A DNA stretch of 64,000 nucleotides, taken from positions 50,514-114,513 of the forward strand of contig MTND01000027.1 of assembly GCA_002010305.1 (NCBI GenBank). Reading direction: 5' to 3'. Under the pieces are notes generated by a model. The model had not been told where the DNA came from. It did not search any database and saw nothing but the letters and a program-made list of their open reading frames with translations. The position numbers and the translations under genes are program-made. Position 1 is the first letter of the stretch; each line of letters starts with the position of its first letter. Of the stretch, positions 36,146 to 46,102 are shown piece after piece. The DNA comes from Archaeoglobi archaeon JdFR-42. GTDB taxonomy: Archaea; Halobacteriota; Archaeoglobi; Archaeoglobales; JdFR-42.

Positions 36146-37137
36146 GGGATTGGATGCAGAGAATTGTTCTGGTGGGATGTGGAGTTGTAGGACAGGGGTT
36201 CCTTGAAATAATCTCGAGAAAAAGAAATATTTTAAAAAGAATGGGTCTGGACTTTAGAATTGTAGGAGTCATTGATTCTTCAGGGGGAGTGATAGACGAG
36301 AATGGGATTGACCCTCTCAAGATACTTGAGATTAAAAAAAGGGGGAATTTACCCGAGGGAATACGATTCGAAGATGTCATTAATTCCGTTGATTTCGATA
36401 TAGGAATAGAGGTTACTCCTACTAATCCTGACACCGGGGAACCTGGTCTCTCTTATATAAAGGCCATGATAGAACGAGGTGTTGATGTTATAACGTCTAA
36501 TAAGGGGCCTCTAATTGTAGCCTATAAAGATCTGATGCGTCTGGCTAGTAAAAATGGAGTTCAATTCAAATTTGAGGCTACTGTAGGTGGAGCTATGCCT
36601 GTGATCAGCCTGGTTGAGAGAAGTCTTGCAGGAAACCAGATACTGTCCATTGAGGGGATATTTAATGGTACCTCCAACTATATACTTTCCCGGATGGAAA
36701 AAGAGCTCCTCCCTTACAGTCAGGTCCTCCTCGAGGCTCAGGAATTAGGGATTGCTGAGAAAGATCCTACTTTTGATGTAGAGGGAATTGATACTGCAGG
36801 AAAGTTGGTGATACTAGCAAATGCCATCATGGGGATCGATGCAGGCATTAAAGACGTAGAAATTACAGGGATAACAGGCATAACCACAGAGGCTATGGAT
36901 CTTGCTCAGAGAAATGGATATGCTATTCGGCTTATTGGAGAAGCAAACAGAGAAGGACAGTTAAAAGTATCCCCAAAACTTATACCAAGGTTTCATCCTC
37001 TTGCTCTGGATGGTACACTGAATGCCGCCCTGATTCAGACAGATCTAGCGGGTGAAGTGTTTATTATTGGGAGAGGAGCGGGTAAAATAGAGACTGCCAG
37101 TGCAATACTGAGCGATTTGATATCTATATCAACATGA
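36142..37137 (+). CDS. hom: Homoserine dehydrogenase
   Basis: VGCGVVGQG Rossmann motif, NKGPL, FEATVGGAMPVI, GIFNGTSNYILS. Confidence 0.9.
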   Translation: MRDWMQRIVLVGCGVVGQGFLEIISRKRNILKRMGLDFRIVGVIDSSGGVIDENGIDPLKILEIKKRGNLPEGIRFEDVINSVDFDIGIEVTPTNPDTGEPGLSYIKAMIERGVDVITSNKGPLIVAYKDLMRLASKNGVQFKFEATVGGAMPVISLVERSLAGNQILSIEGIFNGTSNYILSRMEKELLPYSQVLLEAQELGIAEKDPTFDVEGIDTAGKLVILANAIMGIDAGIKDVEITGITGITTEAMDLAQRNGYAIRLIGEANREGQLKVSPKLIPRFHPLALDGTLNAALIQTDLAGEVFIIGRGAGKIETASAILSDLISIST

Positions 37138-37868
37138 ATCCATTCGATACAGCAAGGATTCTTATAAGCACACCTTTTTTGTTGTATGCCTGTTACACAG
37201 ATATAAAGGAGAGGAGAGTAACTAATAGAGTATGGATTATAATGGGAACTCTAGGGCTGTTCATCGATGCTATTGAACTCCCCTCTCTCGGATGGTCGTT
37301 TATCAAGTTCTTCCTCTTTCAGGTGGTGTTCATATTTGTTCTTGCATATCTCATGTATTATCTCGGGGCTTACGGAGGTGCAGATGCAAAAGCTCTAATG
37401 GCCCTCTCTCTGATGTTTCCATTTTATCCCGCTATATCCAGCTATTTTCCAGTTTTTAGAACACAGGTAGGGATATTCGCCTTTACAGTATTTTCAAATG
37501 CTGTTGTTCTGAGTCTAGTCCTTCCAATATTGATGTTTGTAAGAAATTTTGTGTTATTAAAAAAGGATTTCTTAAAGAATCCCTACTACTCAGTAGTTGG
37601 GTATCAGGTGGATGTTGATAAAATTCCATTTCACGCAAAATTACTCGAATATCCAGAAAATGGGAGACTTGTAAGATCAAGGAGAGGAATATGGCTTACT
37701 TCAGATCTGGAAAAAGAACTCAAAGCTATGAAACTAAAAGGTGTGGAGAAAATATGGATTACTCCCGGCATACCTTTCCTGATACCAATAACTATTGGAT
37801 TTTACACAGCCCTTTTTGTAGGCGATATTCTCTTCACATTTTTAAGCAAGATCATTCCTATGGTTTAA
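37134..37868 (+). CDS. A24-family prepilin/preflagellin (archaellin) signal peptidase
   Basis: Polytopic. First catalytic Asp context YTDIKERRV and second GAYGGADAKAL. Confidence 0.75.
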   Translation: MNPFDTARILISTPFLLYACYTDIKERRVTNRVWIIMGTLGLFIDAIELPSLGWSFIKFFLFQVVFIFVLAYLMYYLGAYGGADAKALMALSLMFPFYPAISSYFPVFRTQVGIFAFTVFSNAVVLSLVLPILMFVRNFVLLKKDFLKNPYYSVVGYQVDVDKIPFHAKLLEYPENGRLVRSRRGIWLTSDLEKELKAMKLKGVEKIWITPGIPFLIPITIGFYTALFVGDILFTFLSKIIPMV

Positions 37869-37894
37869 ATGAAGATTTCTTTGAGTAATTCTCT

Positions 37895-38395
37895 TCAACG
37901 GAACATTGGTTCTGAAGGAGTTGTTGGTGGGCTCTCTCCGAATAATTGATACATTTTCCAAGTGATGAATAGTTTACACCTGTGGATCTGTTTCATCGCA
38001 TCCATGAATATAATTTTATTCAAGCCATCGAAAAATAACTCTCTTGTAAACTGGAACTTTTGAGGATCTTCAGCACTGGGAATTATTTGAAAATCGGTCT
38101 CTAAAAAGAGAAGCTTAAATCGAATATCCCATAAAACTTCTTCTCTCTTAGGACTTGGCATGGCTTTCAAAGATTTGTAGTGTTCATCACTCAACTGAAT
38201 GGCGGAGGCTATCACTACAAGGGTCTCTCTTACCTTTGGCTGTATTACATCTATATACCCTCCTGAGCCAGGGGGAATCTCAGCGATAAAATGGTACGTG
38301 GCTTTTTCATCAACCACCCTATCTTTGTAGATGCCCTCTTCTACCAGCCAGTTTTTTACGAGATCCATCATCTTGTCAATTTCCTTTCGGCTCAT
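37895..38395 (-). CDS. Conserved hypothetical protein (possibly DUF2299/YbjN-like)
   Basis: Clean ORF of 166 aa with no recognisable catalytic motif; the family assignment is from memory only. Confidence 0.3.
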   Translation of the reverse strand: MSRKEIDKMMDLVKNWLVEEGIYKDRVVDEKATYHFIAEIPPGSGGYIDVIQPKVRETLVVIASAIQLSDEHYKSLKAMPSPKREEVLWDIRFKLLFLETDFQIIPSAEDPQKFQFTRELFFDGLNKIIFMDAMKQIHRCKLFITWKMYQLFGESPPTTPSEPMFR

Positions 38396-38615
38396 ATCGC
38401 ATCCCCATTTGAAAAAATTTAAATCCCTTCTCAGATTTTCTTAAAATTTACTGTAGTCCTATCTTCTCTGATTTCAATAACTGGTAAGTGTATTTATTTC
38501 TTTCTCAAACAAACTTCTGATCCTTTTGCTATTATCCATCAATTCTCCGTTAACCCATGAATTCAAGTATGGAGTGATGCAACATCGAAAAGTGAATTAA
38601 CATAGGGGTGAATGT

Positions 38616-38864
38616 TTACTGCTTTATATAGGTCCTGATAGCATATATCACAACTACCAGTATAGCCGCACTGTAAATCGACTGAAATATGGGTTGGTAG
38701 CGGTATGTGAACCATACTGATATAAATCGATTTATAGCAAAAAAAAGTTGGATTGCAGCAATAAGACCTAAGATTATACCAATAACAATAATCCCTTTTT
38801 TAAACAATCCTTCCACTCCATCTCTAGTGTCTTCTGAACTTCCACCTTGTGCTTCCTTATTCAT
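38616..38864 (-). CDS. Small two-TM membrane protein
   Basis: 82 aa with two hydrophobic spans. Its start overlaps the upstream stop by 4 nt (ATGA). Confidence 0.5.
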   Translation of the reverse strand: MNKEAQGGSSEDTRDGVEGLFKKGIIVIGIILGLIAAIQLFFAINRFISVWFTYRYQPIFQSIYSAAILVVVIYAIRTYIKQ

Positions 38865-39883
38865 AAGAATCTCCTCCTCCCCATTAAAAGGATCATGATA
38901 ATTGCTCCTACCGTAACCACCCCGGTAAATCCGGGTGTTTTTGGTACCAAGGTAGGACCGTATTCCATCTCACTTTTGAAACCTATACTCTCAGGAGGTG
39001 GGACTGGTGACGGGATTGGTGTAGGTCGTATGAATTTTGAGACTTCGATATTTATGGGTTGAACTTCTATGCCTTCCGGGATTGCCTTCGTGGGGGCAAG
39101 AGTCAAAGCTTTGTTATATTCACCAATTAAGATATCTCCATTCCATATTAGAGCCTCAATGACATAGTTATATCCTTCTGGTACGTAGATTGTCCCACTT
39201 TTGACCACAGTAGATTCTGGTTTTACTACGCCAGAGGATATCCACACAGAATCAGCAATCAAATTAGACTCAGCCTGTCTGGCTTTAATAAGAATGCTGA
39301 GATTGGGCGAAGGCTCGTCCTTTATATTCTCGAGGTATAAACTGACTGTTACAGTTATTGTGTCTCCAGTAATGTTTTCAATTGAAAAGTCCATTTCAGT
39401 AACTTTTAGACCCACATTCCTGATTTCTGGAACTAAAGCTTCCAGCCCACCAATATAAACACTTCCGCTCTCTACAATTTTTCCCCTATCCATAATAATC
39501 GACTTTATTTCGTATCCACCTTCCCTTTTCACAGAAATTTCTTGAGAAACCTCTATAGTCTTCTCTCCCGTTACAACCGGTAGTTCTTTTGTTACTTCGT
39601 TTTCGAGTAGCCCCGTTTCTCTATCTATGACCTTAAGAATTAGTGTAGCATCATCTGAAGTATTGCCATAATGATCAATAAGAAGGATTGCAGCGAATGT
39701 AACTCTGGAAGTGGTAACTTTAAGAGGTTTTAGATCTACATCTCTGATTATAAATCGACTTGGCTCTTTAATGATGGGTTTGTAAGTAACATCCTCGCCA
39801 AGAAGAAATGGAAGAAGGGTAAGAATAATCAGCAAGATTATTATGATTAAAAATACTTCTCGGGCTCTAAGTCTATGTTTCAT
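38861..39883 (-). CDS. Secreted/surface protein with PGF-CTERM archaeosortase sorting signal
   Basis: The C-terminus ...KTPGFTGVVTVGAIIMILLMGRRRFL is PGF plus TM plus a basic tail. Preferred start is M43 (MKHRLRAREVFLIIIILL signal anchor); the track start at 40009 is an extension. Confidence 0.65.
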   Translation of the reverse strand: MKHRLRAREVFLIIIILLIILTLLPFLLGEDVTYKPIIKEPSRFIIRDVDLKPLKVTTSRVTFAAILLIDHYGNTSDDATLILKVIDRETGLLENEVTKELPVVTGEKTIEVSQEISVKREGGYEIKSIIMDRGKIVESGSVYIGGLEALVPEIRNVGLKVTEMDFSIENITGDTITVTVSLYLENIKDEPSPNLSILIKARQAESNLIADSVWISSGVVKPESTVVKSGTIYVPEGYNYVIEALIWNGDILIGEYNKALTLAPTKAIPEGIEVQPINIEVSKFIRPTPIPSPVPPPESIGFKSEMEYGPTLVPKTPGFTGVVTVGAIIMILLMGRRRFL

Positions 39884-40192
39884 AAAGTTCAGTGGAAATT
39901 CAAGGAAAATAAATCTTTCTTTAGATACGAATGATTTTGAAGTTAATAACTGGGATAGAGAGCGTCTCATGGATGTAGGGTGTTGCTCAGAACTCAAAAT
40001 CTTCATCATATATCAGAGGGGCTTCATCATCATCGCAACACTGAGTTTAGTTTATTGAAGGAAGTTATATAAGAGTTATTTATCATTCACTTAAAAGTGT
40101 TACTTAAATGGAACTCTTAAGATTATGTCCAAAACAACGGAATATCAGAGAAATCGAAAGATTAATAACTTCAGGTAAGATTTCATGAATCC

Positions 40193-40468
40193 ATGAACAA
40201 GGGGATCGAAATAGTCATTTCAGGTATAGTTCAGGGCGTAGGTTTCAGAGCTTTTACTCGAAAAACTGCCAGAGAAATGGGGCTTAAAGGATATGTAAAA
40301 AATTTGCCGGATGGAAGAGTGTATGTTCATGTAGAAGGGGATGAGGCCGTTATTGAGAAGTTTGTCTCCCTCTTAAGGCAAGGACCTGCTTCTGCAATAG
40401 TAAAAAGTATGGAAATCAAGAACGGTGAATACACTGGTCAATTCCAGGACTTCCAGATAAGATTTTAG
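40193..40468 (+). CDS. acyP: Acylphosphatase
   Basis: [14 protein letters not shown]...[11 protein letters not shown] signature. Confidence 0.9.
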   Translation: MNKGIEIVISGIVQGVGFRAFTRKTAREMGLKGYVKNLPDGRVYVHVEGDEAVIEKFVSLLRQGPASAIVKSMEIKNGEYTGQFQDFQIRF

Positions 40469-40566
40469 CATGGATATAAAAGATCCTTTTCGATGATTTA
40501 CCTGAACTTTTTTCTGTCCTGCTGAAGGGTAACTTTAATGTAGGTAAATACCTCATTCTCCTCTTG

Positions 40567-41382
40567 ATGCTTGCTAAAAGAATAATCCCCTGCCTGGATG
40601 TCACTCTCGAGAAAGGAAAGGGCAGAGTGGTGAAAGGTGTAGAATTCGTTAATCTCAGAGAAGCTGGAGATCCTGTTAAGCTTGCTCAACGGTATAATGA
40701 AGAGGGTGCAGATGAGTTGGTATTCCTAGATATAACTGCATCCCATGAAGAAAGAAGAACCATGATTGATGTGGTTGAGAAAACTGCGGAAGAGGTGTTT
40801 ATTCCTCTAACTGTTGGTGGTGGGGTAGGAACTGTAGAGGATATCGAGAACCTTTTGAGAGCCGGAGCAGATAAGGTATCTATAAATACCTCTGCTGTGA
40901 AAAATCCAGAATTTGTCAGAGAAGCTGCAGATATTTTTGGTTCTCAGTGTGTTGTTGTTGCCATCGATTGCAGGAGGAATAAAAATCTCATAGATGGAGT
41001 AACAATTATTGAGTTAGAAAATAGAGAAAAAGCATGGTATGAGGTTGTGATATATGGAGGGCGAAAACCAGTAGGAATTGATGCAGTTCAATGGGCCAAA
41101 AGAGTTGAAGAGCTTGGAGCAGGAGAGATCCTTCTTACGAGTATGGATAGAGATGGTACTAAGGACGGATTCGACATTCCTATAACTAGAAAAATTTCTG
41201 AGGAAGTAAATATACCCGTGATTGCCTCAGGAGGTGCGGGTAAGCTGGAGCATTTTTATGAAGGGTTTGTAGAAGGTAAAGCCGATGCATGTCTTGCAGC
41301 AAGTATATTTCACTTTAATGAGATTCCCATTCTACGTGTTAAAGAGTATCTTAGAAATGAGGGTGTGGAGGTTAGACTTTGA
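40567..41382 (+). CDS. hisF: Imidazole glycerol phosphate synthase cyclase subunit HisF
   Basis: [57 protein letters not shown]. Confidence 0.95.
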   Translation: MLAKRIIPCLDVTLEKGKGRVVKGVEFVNLREAGDPVKLAQRYNEEGADELVFLDITASHEERRTMIDVVEKTAEEVFIPLTVGGGVGTVEDIENLLRAGADKVSINTSAVKNPEFVREAADIFGSQCVVVAIDCRRNKNLIDGVTIIELENREKAWYEVVIYGGRKPVGIDAVQWAKRVEELGAGEILLTSMDRDGTKDGFDIPITRKISEEVNIPVIASGGAGKLEHFYEGFVEGKADACLAASIFHFNEIPILRVKEYLRNEGVEVRL

Positions 41383-41684
41383 ACATTGGTGAGTTCCAGC
41401 AGCTTATGAAAGATCTGTATTTCCACAGAGATATTATGAGAGGGAAAGATAAAACTATGCTCTGGATAGTAGAGGAAGTAGGTGAGCTGGCAGAAGCTGT
41501 CAGGGAAGATGAGGTTGATATGGTTAAGGAAGAACTGGCTGATGTGATAGCCTGGATCACATCGCTTGCAAATCTGTATGATTTAAATCTGGAAAAGGTT
41601 TTATTGTCCAAATACCACGAGGTATGTCCAAGATGCAGTTCAAAACCGTGTGAGTGTGAGAGTGATGGGATTCCTGATTGTTGA
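41379..41684 (+). CDS. MazG-like all-alpha NTP pyrophosphohydrolase with Cys-rich C-terminal tail
   Basis: [10 protein letters not shown]...KEELADV (EExxE...ExxD metal motif). Tail [11 protein letters not shown]. The start overlaps the hisF stop by 4 nt. Confidence 0.65.
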   Translation: MNIGEFQQLMKDLYFHRDIMRGKDKTMLWIVEEVGELAEAVREDEVDMVKEELADVIAWITSLANLYDLNLEKVLLSKYHEVCPRCSSKPCECESDGIPDC

Positions 41685-42807
41685 TGAAGAAGACATTAAA
41701 GCTGGAAAAACCACAGATAAGTACTTTGTTAGATTAGAGGAGATTCTGGAGAAAAAAGGTATTAATCCACTGGTAGTAGCGGAACTTACAGTGTCCAGTG
41801 GATGGGGTGTGTTCTGTGGGCTGGAAGACGTGTTAACCCTGTTTGATGGTAAAGCTGTAGATATATATGCTATGTCAGAAGGGACAATCTTTTTTCCACA
41901 TGAGCCTGTAATCACAATAGTCGGGAACTACTTAGAGTTTGCAACACTCGAAACAGCCATCTTGGGTTTTATCAGCTCATCATCTGGGATTGCAACGAAA
42001 GCATTTAAAGTAAAACTTGCTGCAAGGGATAGGCCCGTTTATTCTTTTGGGAGTAGAAGACAGCATCCAGTTCTAGCAGCCATGGTGGAAAGATCGGCTT
42101 ACATAGGAGGTATGGATGGTGTAAGCAACGTCGCAGCAGAAAAATATCTTGGATTAGATAGCATTGGAACTATGCCTCATTCTCTTATGATCTGTATGGA
42201 CGGGAATCTGGAGGGTTGGAAGGCTTTTAACGAAGTTATGCCTTCAGATGTCCCAAGGATATATCTGATCGATACTTATGAGGATGAGAAGACCGAAGCA
42301 ATAAAACTTGTAGAAAATCTAGATAGAATTGATGCTGTTAGGCTAGATACTCCATCCTCAAGAAGAGGTAATTTTCGGAAAATCATTCAAGAAGTTCGCT
42401 GGGAGCTAGATATAAGAGGTAAGAGGGATGTAAAAATTTTTGTTAGCGGGGGGATAGATGAGAGAGCGGTTCTCGAATTGAGTGATATAGTAGACGCCTT
42501 TGGTGTTGGAACATCTGTAGCGGGGGCACCACCTATTGACTTCGCTTTTGACATAGTTGAGAAAGAGGGTAAGTTTGTAGCTAAACGAGGAAAAAGAGGT
42601 GGGATGAAGCAGGTTTTTAGAGATATGGACTCTTTTGAAGACCAGATAACCCTCTTTAAGGAGGCTGGTAATGGGAAACCTTTGCTAGAAAAGTGGATGG
42701 AAAATGGAAGGATTTTACAAAGACCATCCATGGAAAAAGCAAGAGAGTGGTCTCTTGAACAGATGAGGAGGATTAAAGAACTGGGTATTGAAAGCCAATT
42801 TCTCTAA
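41665..42807 (+). CDS. pncB: Nicotinate phosphoribosyltransferase (archaeal type)
   Basis: TDKYF N-terminus, GSRRQHP, GTMPHSL, RLDTPSSRRG, VSGGID. Confidence 0.85.
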   Translation: MGFLIVDEEDIKAGKTTDKYFVRLEEILEKKGINPLVVAELTVSSGWGVFCGLEDVLTLFDGKAVDIYAMSEGTIFFPHEPVITIVGNYLEFATLETAILGFISSSSGIATKAFKVKLAARDRPVYSFGSRRQHPVLAAMVERSAYIGGMDGVSNVAAEKYLGLDSIGTMPHSLMICMDGNLEGWKAFNEVMPSDVPRIYLIDTYEDEKTEAIKLVENLDRIDAVRLDTPSSRRGNFRKIIQEVRWELDIRGKRDVKIFVSGGIDERAVLELSDIVDAFGVGTSVAGAPPIDFAFDIVEKEGKFVAKRGKRGGMKQVFRDMDSFEDQITLFKEAGNGKPLLEKWMENGRILQRPSMEKAREWSLEQMRRIKELGIESQFL

Positions 42808-42837
42808 TGAAAGAGTTTTAAAGGATATGTAGAAAAA

Positions 42838-42987
42838 TCACTTTCCTCTCTTCTCTCTAGATTTCATCCTTAGACCTTTATAACCACACTTCCTGCAAGA
42901 TTTAGCCCTTACTGGATTTCTGGCATTACATTTCATGCAAATTTTAACATTGAGCAATCTCGCTTCTGCTTCTGGAAATCGTGCCAT
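42838..42987 (-). CDS. rpl40e: 50S ribosomal protein L40e (49 aa; absent from ORF track)
   Basis: Hand translation gives [49 protein letters not shown]. The C4 zinc ribbon is typical of archaeal L40e. Confidence 0.85.
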   Translation of the reverse strand: MARFPEAEARLLNVKICMKCNARNPVRAKSCRKCGYKGLRMKSREKRGK

Positions 42988-43179
42988 GCTCTACTCTCCA
43001 GAATACTTAGATTTATAAATGTTTTGGTCATTAGTCGATTGTTAAAATAAGTTAGGAACTAAGAATTGTACAGGTCTCATCATACATACCTTTAAATCTG
43101 TTCTCAACTTGTTTGATACGAGAGATTATCTGAAATATAAAAGCTATGTGAAATTATGCTGATTTATCTCTTCTTGATT

Positions 43180-43635
43180 TTAACGTACATTCCAGAGTCC
43201 CTCAACTATTTTTATATGCTCATCTTCCTCATGGATCAATGTCTCGAGAGAAGATAATAGCCGTCTCGCCCTATCTTTCTCGATAAATTTCTCAAGATCC
43301 GCTTTTTTAAGGTCATCATACAGGCATTGATAAAAGTCCTTGATCATGTTCTCAATCCTCCTCAAAGCATCAAGTTTTTGATTGATGAACATCTCATCAA
43401 AACCGTAATCTCTTATCTGAGTCACAGGAGGTATCTCACCCTTTAATGTTCTGATCCAGCCAGAGAGGAGGGATTTATGATATTCCGAGTCTCTGATGAT
43501 CTCATAGAGGATTTTTCTTCTTTCGACATCTTCCTCTGCAATAAATAGCTTCAGAACGATCTGACTGTTGTTTTCTTCAATTTCCAGCCCTCTTTTTATC
43601 AGACCAATTAGAACCTCTTCATTGATTTTTGCCAT
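43180..43635 (-). CDS. Hypothetical helical protein
   Basis: Clean 151-aa ORF with charged helical character. Contains SEYH and EEDEH; no confident family. Confidence 0.35.
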   Translation of the reverse strand: MAKINEEVLIGLIKRGLEIEENNSQIVLKLFIAEEDVERRKILYEIIRDSEYHKSLLSGWIRTLKGEIPPVTQIRDYGFDEMFINQKLDALRRIENMIKDFYQCLYDDLKKADLEKFIEKDRARRLLSSLETLIHEEDEHIKIVEGLWNVR

Positions 43636-43841
43636 TAAATAAACCTCCTAATTGGTTTAATACACCATGTTATTGAGTTTTAAGATTTATTTCTTTCTGT
43701 TGAATCTGAAATAAGGATTGAACTATCCTCTGGTTTTCAAAAATTTTTATCTAAAATTGTTTATTCTTCAACTATGATTTTTTTAGTTTATTTTACTTTG
43801 AAATAATAGTCTCCTCTCTATATTTTCAGATTTAATCTGTG

Positions 43842-44687
43842 TTATTCATTCACCAATCTGTCTGCAATAATCTTGGAGACCGTTATTTTGCTCACCGGTT
43901 TTTCAATGGTGTCTGTGGCGAGAACTTCCTCAACACCAGCCAGGTGCATCTTTATAAGGGCATTACCGGCAAGAACGGGATGTACGCACGCAGCCAACAC
44001 CTTATTTGCTCCGAGTTCCAGAAGAGCTCTGGCGGCAGTCGCTATCGTCCCTCCAGTAGAAATTATGTCGTCCATTATAACGACATCCTTCCCCTCTATG
44101 TCAATATTTTTAGGGTACACTTCAACTGTTTCAGAATCAATTCTCTTTTTCTCCATATAATCCCAATCAACTCCAGCTTTTTCGGCTGCTCGTTTCACCC
44201 TATTAAGAGACCCTCTGTCTGGGGAGATAAAAATGCATTTTTCATGGGAGAACGAATTGCCCAGTTCCGGCATCGCGTCAAGTTCTCTCAGTTTTTTAAA
44301 AAGGCTGGAAGATCCGCTATTATGGAGGTTCACAGTATATATTGCATCCACTCCAACACTTTCTACAGTTCTCGCGACAATTCCTATACTCAAAGGTTCC
44401 CCTTCGCAAAACCTTTTATCCTGCCTGGCGTATCCCATATATGGAATTACAGCAGAGACTTTGCTGGCTTTTTCACAGGCGTCAACCAAAAGTAGGAGAT
44501 ATATCCAATCTTCAGGAGAGGATAGACTTTGCACTACAACTGCGTGCTCTTTTTGAACATCCTTCACCCTAACAAATAATTCTCCATCTGGAAATTTTCG
44601 GTATTCAGTATGGGCAAGTCGACAATCAGCTTCTTTAGCTATTCTGGAAGATAGTAATGGTGACGCCGGTCCGGGTACTATTATCAT
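43842..44687 (-). CDS. prs: Ribose-phosphate pyrophosphokinase
   Basis: FPDGELFV, IPYMGYARQD, VVIMDDIISTGGT PRPP loop. Confidence 0.9.
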   Translation of the reverse strand: MIIVPGPASPLLSSRIAKEADCRLAHTEYRKFPDGELFVRVKDVQKEHAVVVQSLSSPEDWIYLLLLVDACEKASKVSAVIPYMGYARQDKRFCEGEPLSIGIVARTVESVGVDAIYTVNLHNSGSSSLFKKLRELDAMPELGNSFSHEKCIFISPDRGSLNRVKRAAEKAGVDWDYMEKKRIDSETVEVYPKNIDIEGKDVVIMDDIISTGGTIATAARALLELGANKVLAACVHPVLAGNALIKMHLAGVEEVLATDTIEKPVSKITVSKIIADRLVNE

Positions 44688-44803
44688 GGAACATAGTTGG
44701 TATCTTTATGATTTAAAGATTTTTGATTTGAGCTTTTAATCTCTTACGAAATACTTTCGAAACACACAGGATCCATTAAAATTTGACAAGGATATTGAGA
44801 AAT

Positions 44804-45439
44804 ATGAGAAATAAGACCTTCAACCTTATCCCAGTATCTTTCCTGAACTCTTTTCATTACTGCAAGCATCAGGTATATCTTGCAGGAGTATTAGGAATTA
44901 AACCACATTATTCTGTTAATAGACGAATTATAAAAGGGACCTTGGTTCATCGAATTATCAGAAAAACCTGTGAAAATATGGGAGATTTAATCAAGGACAT
45001 ACGATTAGCTTATACCATCTCAAAAAAAGAAGATAGAACTGTATGGGGCCGAGAAGTCCCTGTTGTAGGGAAGACATTGTATGGCATCGTCGATGAATTG
45101 TGGATTAGTCCAGATGGTGCACTAGTAATAGAATATAAACCAAGTATAAGGGCATATAAAGGACATAAATGCCAAGTGATGGGATACTGTTTTGCGTTAA
45201 TGGAATCTCTTAATGTAAGCCTAAATAGTTTTGAAATTAGAGGAAAGATAGTAAGCTGGGAGTATAGTAGTGTGCTATGGGAAAAAAGACTCTCAAAAAC
45301 GATTATAAGAAAAATTAAAAAGACTGTAGCCGAAATTTTTGATATTCTCAACGAAAAAACACCTTCAAATAGAGTAAAAAGTGGTCTCTGTAGTACATGC
45401 TCTTATCATTATTACTGTTCATATCGAGGCCTCGAATGA
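44804..45439 (+). CDS. Cas4-family PD-(D/E)xK nuclease with 4-Cys cluster (stand-alone)
   Basis: N-terminal Cys (FHYCKHQVYL), GTLVH, D...EYK (IVDEL...VIEYKPS), QVMGY, C-terminal CSTCSYHYYC. No cas genes or CRISPR array in the window. Confidence 0.65.
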   Translation: MRNKTFNLIPVSFLNSFHYCKHQVYLAGVLGIKPHYSVNRRIIKGTLVHRIIRKTCENMGDLIKDIRLAYTISKKEDRTVWGREVPVVGKTLYGIVDELWISPDGALVIEYKPSIRAYKGHKCQVMGYCFALMESLNVSLNSFEIRGKIVSWEYSSVLWEKRLSKTIIRKIKKTVAEIFDILNEKTPSNRVKSGLCSTCSYHYYCSYRGLE

Positions 45440-45466
45440 TAGTCGAGTTATGGTAAAAAGTAATCG

Positions 45467-46102
45467 CTAAAAAAGAGTGCTGTTAAATGCTGAGCTTTTT
45501 ATTTTGTCCAGAGTTTTCCAAGAATGTCTTACATAAGGTGGGAAATTTTTATGCTTCCTGTACCATTCCAGCAGAAACTCTTTTGTTTTAGGGTCGGAGG
45601 GATATCCACTACCAAAATCTACACCTTCCTTTTCTTTAAGGATCTGTATTTCTCTATCCCGTTTTACTTTGGCAACTATGGAAGCTGCCATCACTATGGG
45701 AATCTTTTCATCAGCTCTATGCAAAGAAACCACATCAGTATTGAGTTTTTCTGAAAGCTTCATTCCAAACCTCTGGCAATTGACATCAGGTGAGTCAACG
45801 TATACTATAGAACACTGAAAGTTTTTCAACAAATTATGAATACACTCAAGAATGATATCGTTGATCGTAGTACTGTTCCGTTTCATGTCGATAATCCCCG
45901 CTGAAATAGACAGGGTCGCAGTTTTTGCAAATTCGTTAATCCTTGTAAAAAGCCTTTCTCTCTTTTTTGGGGTAAGTTTTTTCGAATCCTTTAATCCTAA
46001 CGAAAGCAAATCTTCATAGGCTTCCTGAGAACATATTACCCCACCAACAACCATTGGGCCAATGACTGACCCTTTTCCAGCCTCATCAGCTCCTGCAAGC
46101 AT
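45467..46102 (-). CDS. rnhB: Ribonuclease HII
   Basis: AGADEAGKGSVIGPMVV, DSKKLTPKKRE, VDSPDV, ADEKIPIVMAASIVAK. Confidence 0.9.
   Translation of the reverse strand: MLAGADEAGKGSVIGPMVVGGVICSQEAYEDLLSLGLKDSKKLTPKKRERLFTRINEFAKTATLSISAGIIDMKRNSTTINDIILECIHNLLKNFQCSIVYVDSPDVNCQRFGMKLSEKLNTDVVSLHRADEKIPIVMAASIVAKVKRDREIQILKEKEGVDFGSGYPSDPKTKEFLLEWYRKHKNFPPYVRHSWKTLDKIKSSAFNSTLF

Noticed and set aside
35596-36434. Minus-strand ORFs of 124 and 173 aa across the ACT/hom genes
   Set aside because: The Ser/Pro/Leu-rich shadow frames are opposite well-supported plus-strand genes.
43839-44495. 218-aa plus-strand ORF (and 43873..44160, 44233..44556) antisense to prs
   Set aside because: The minus-strand frame has unmistakable PRPP synthetase motifs. 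The antisense frames are low-complexity shadows.
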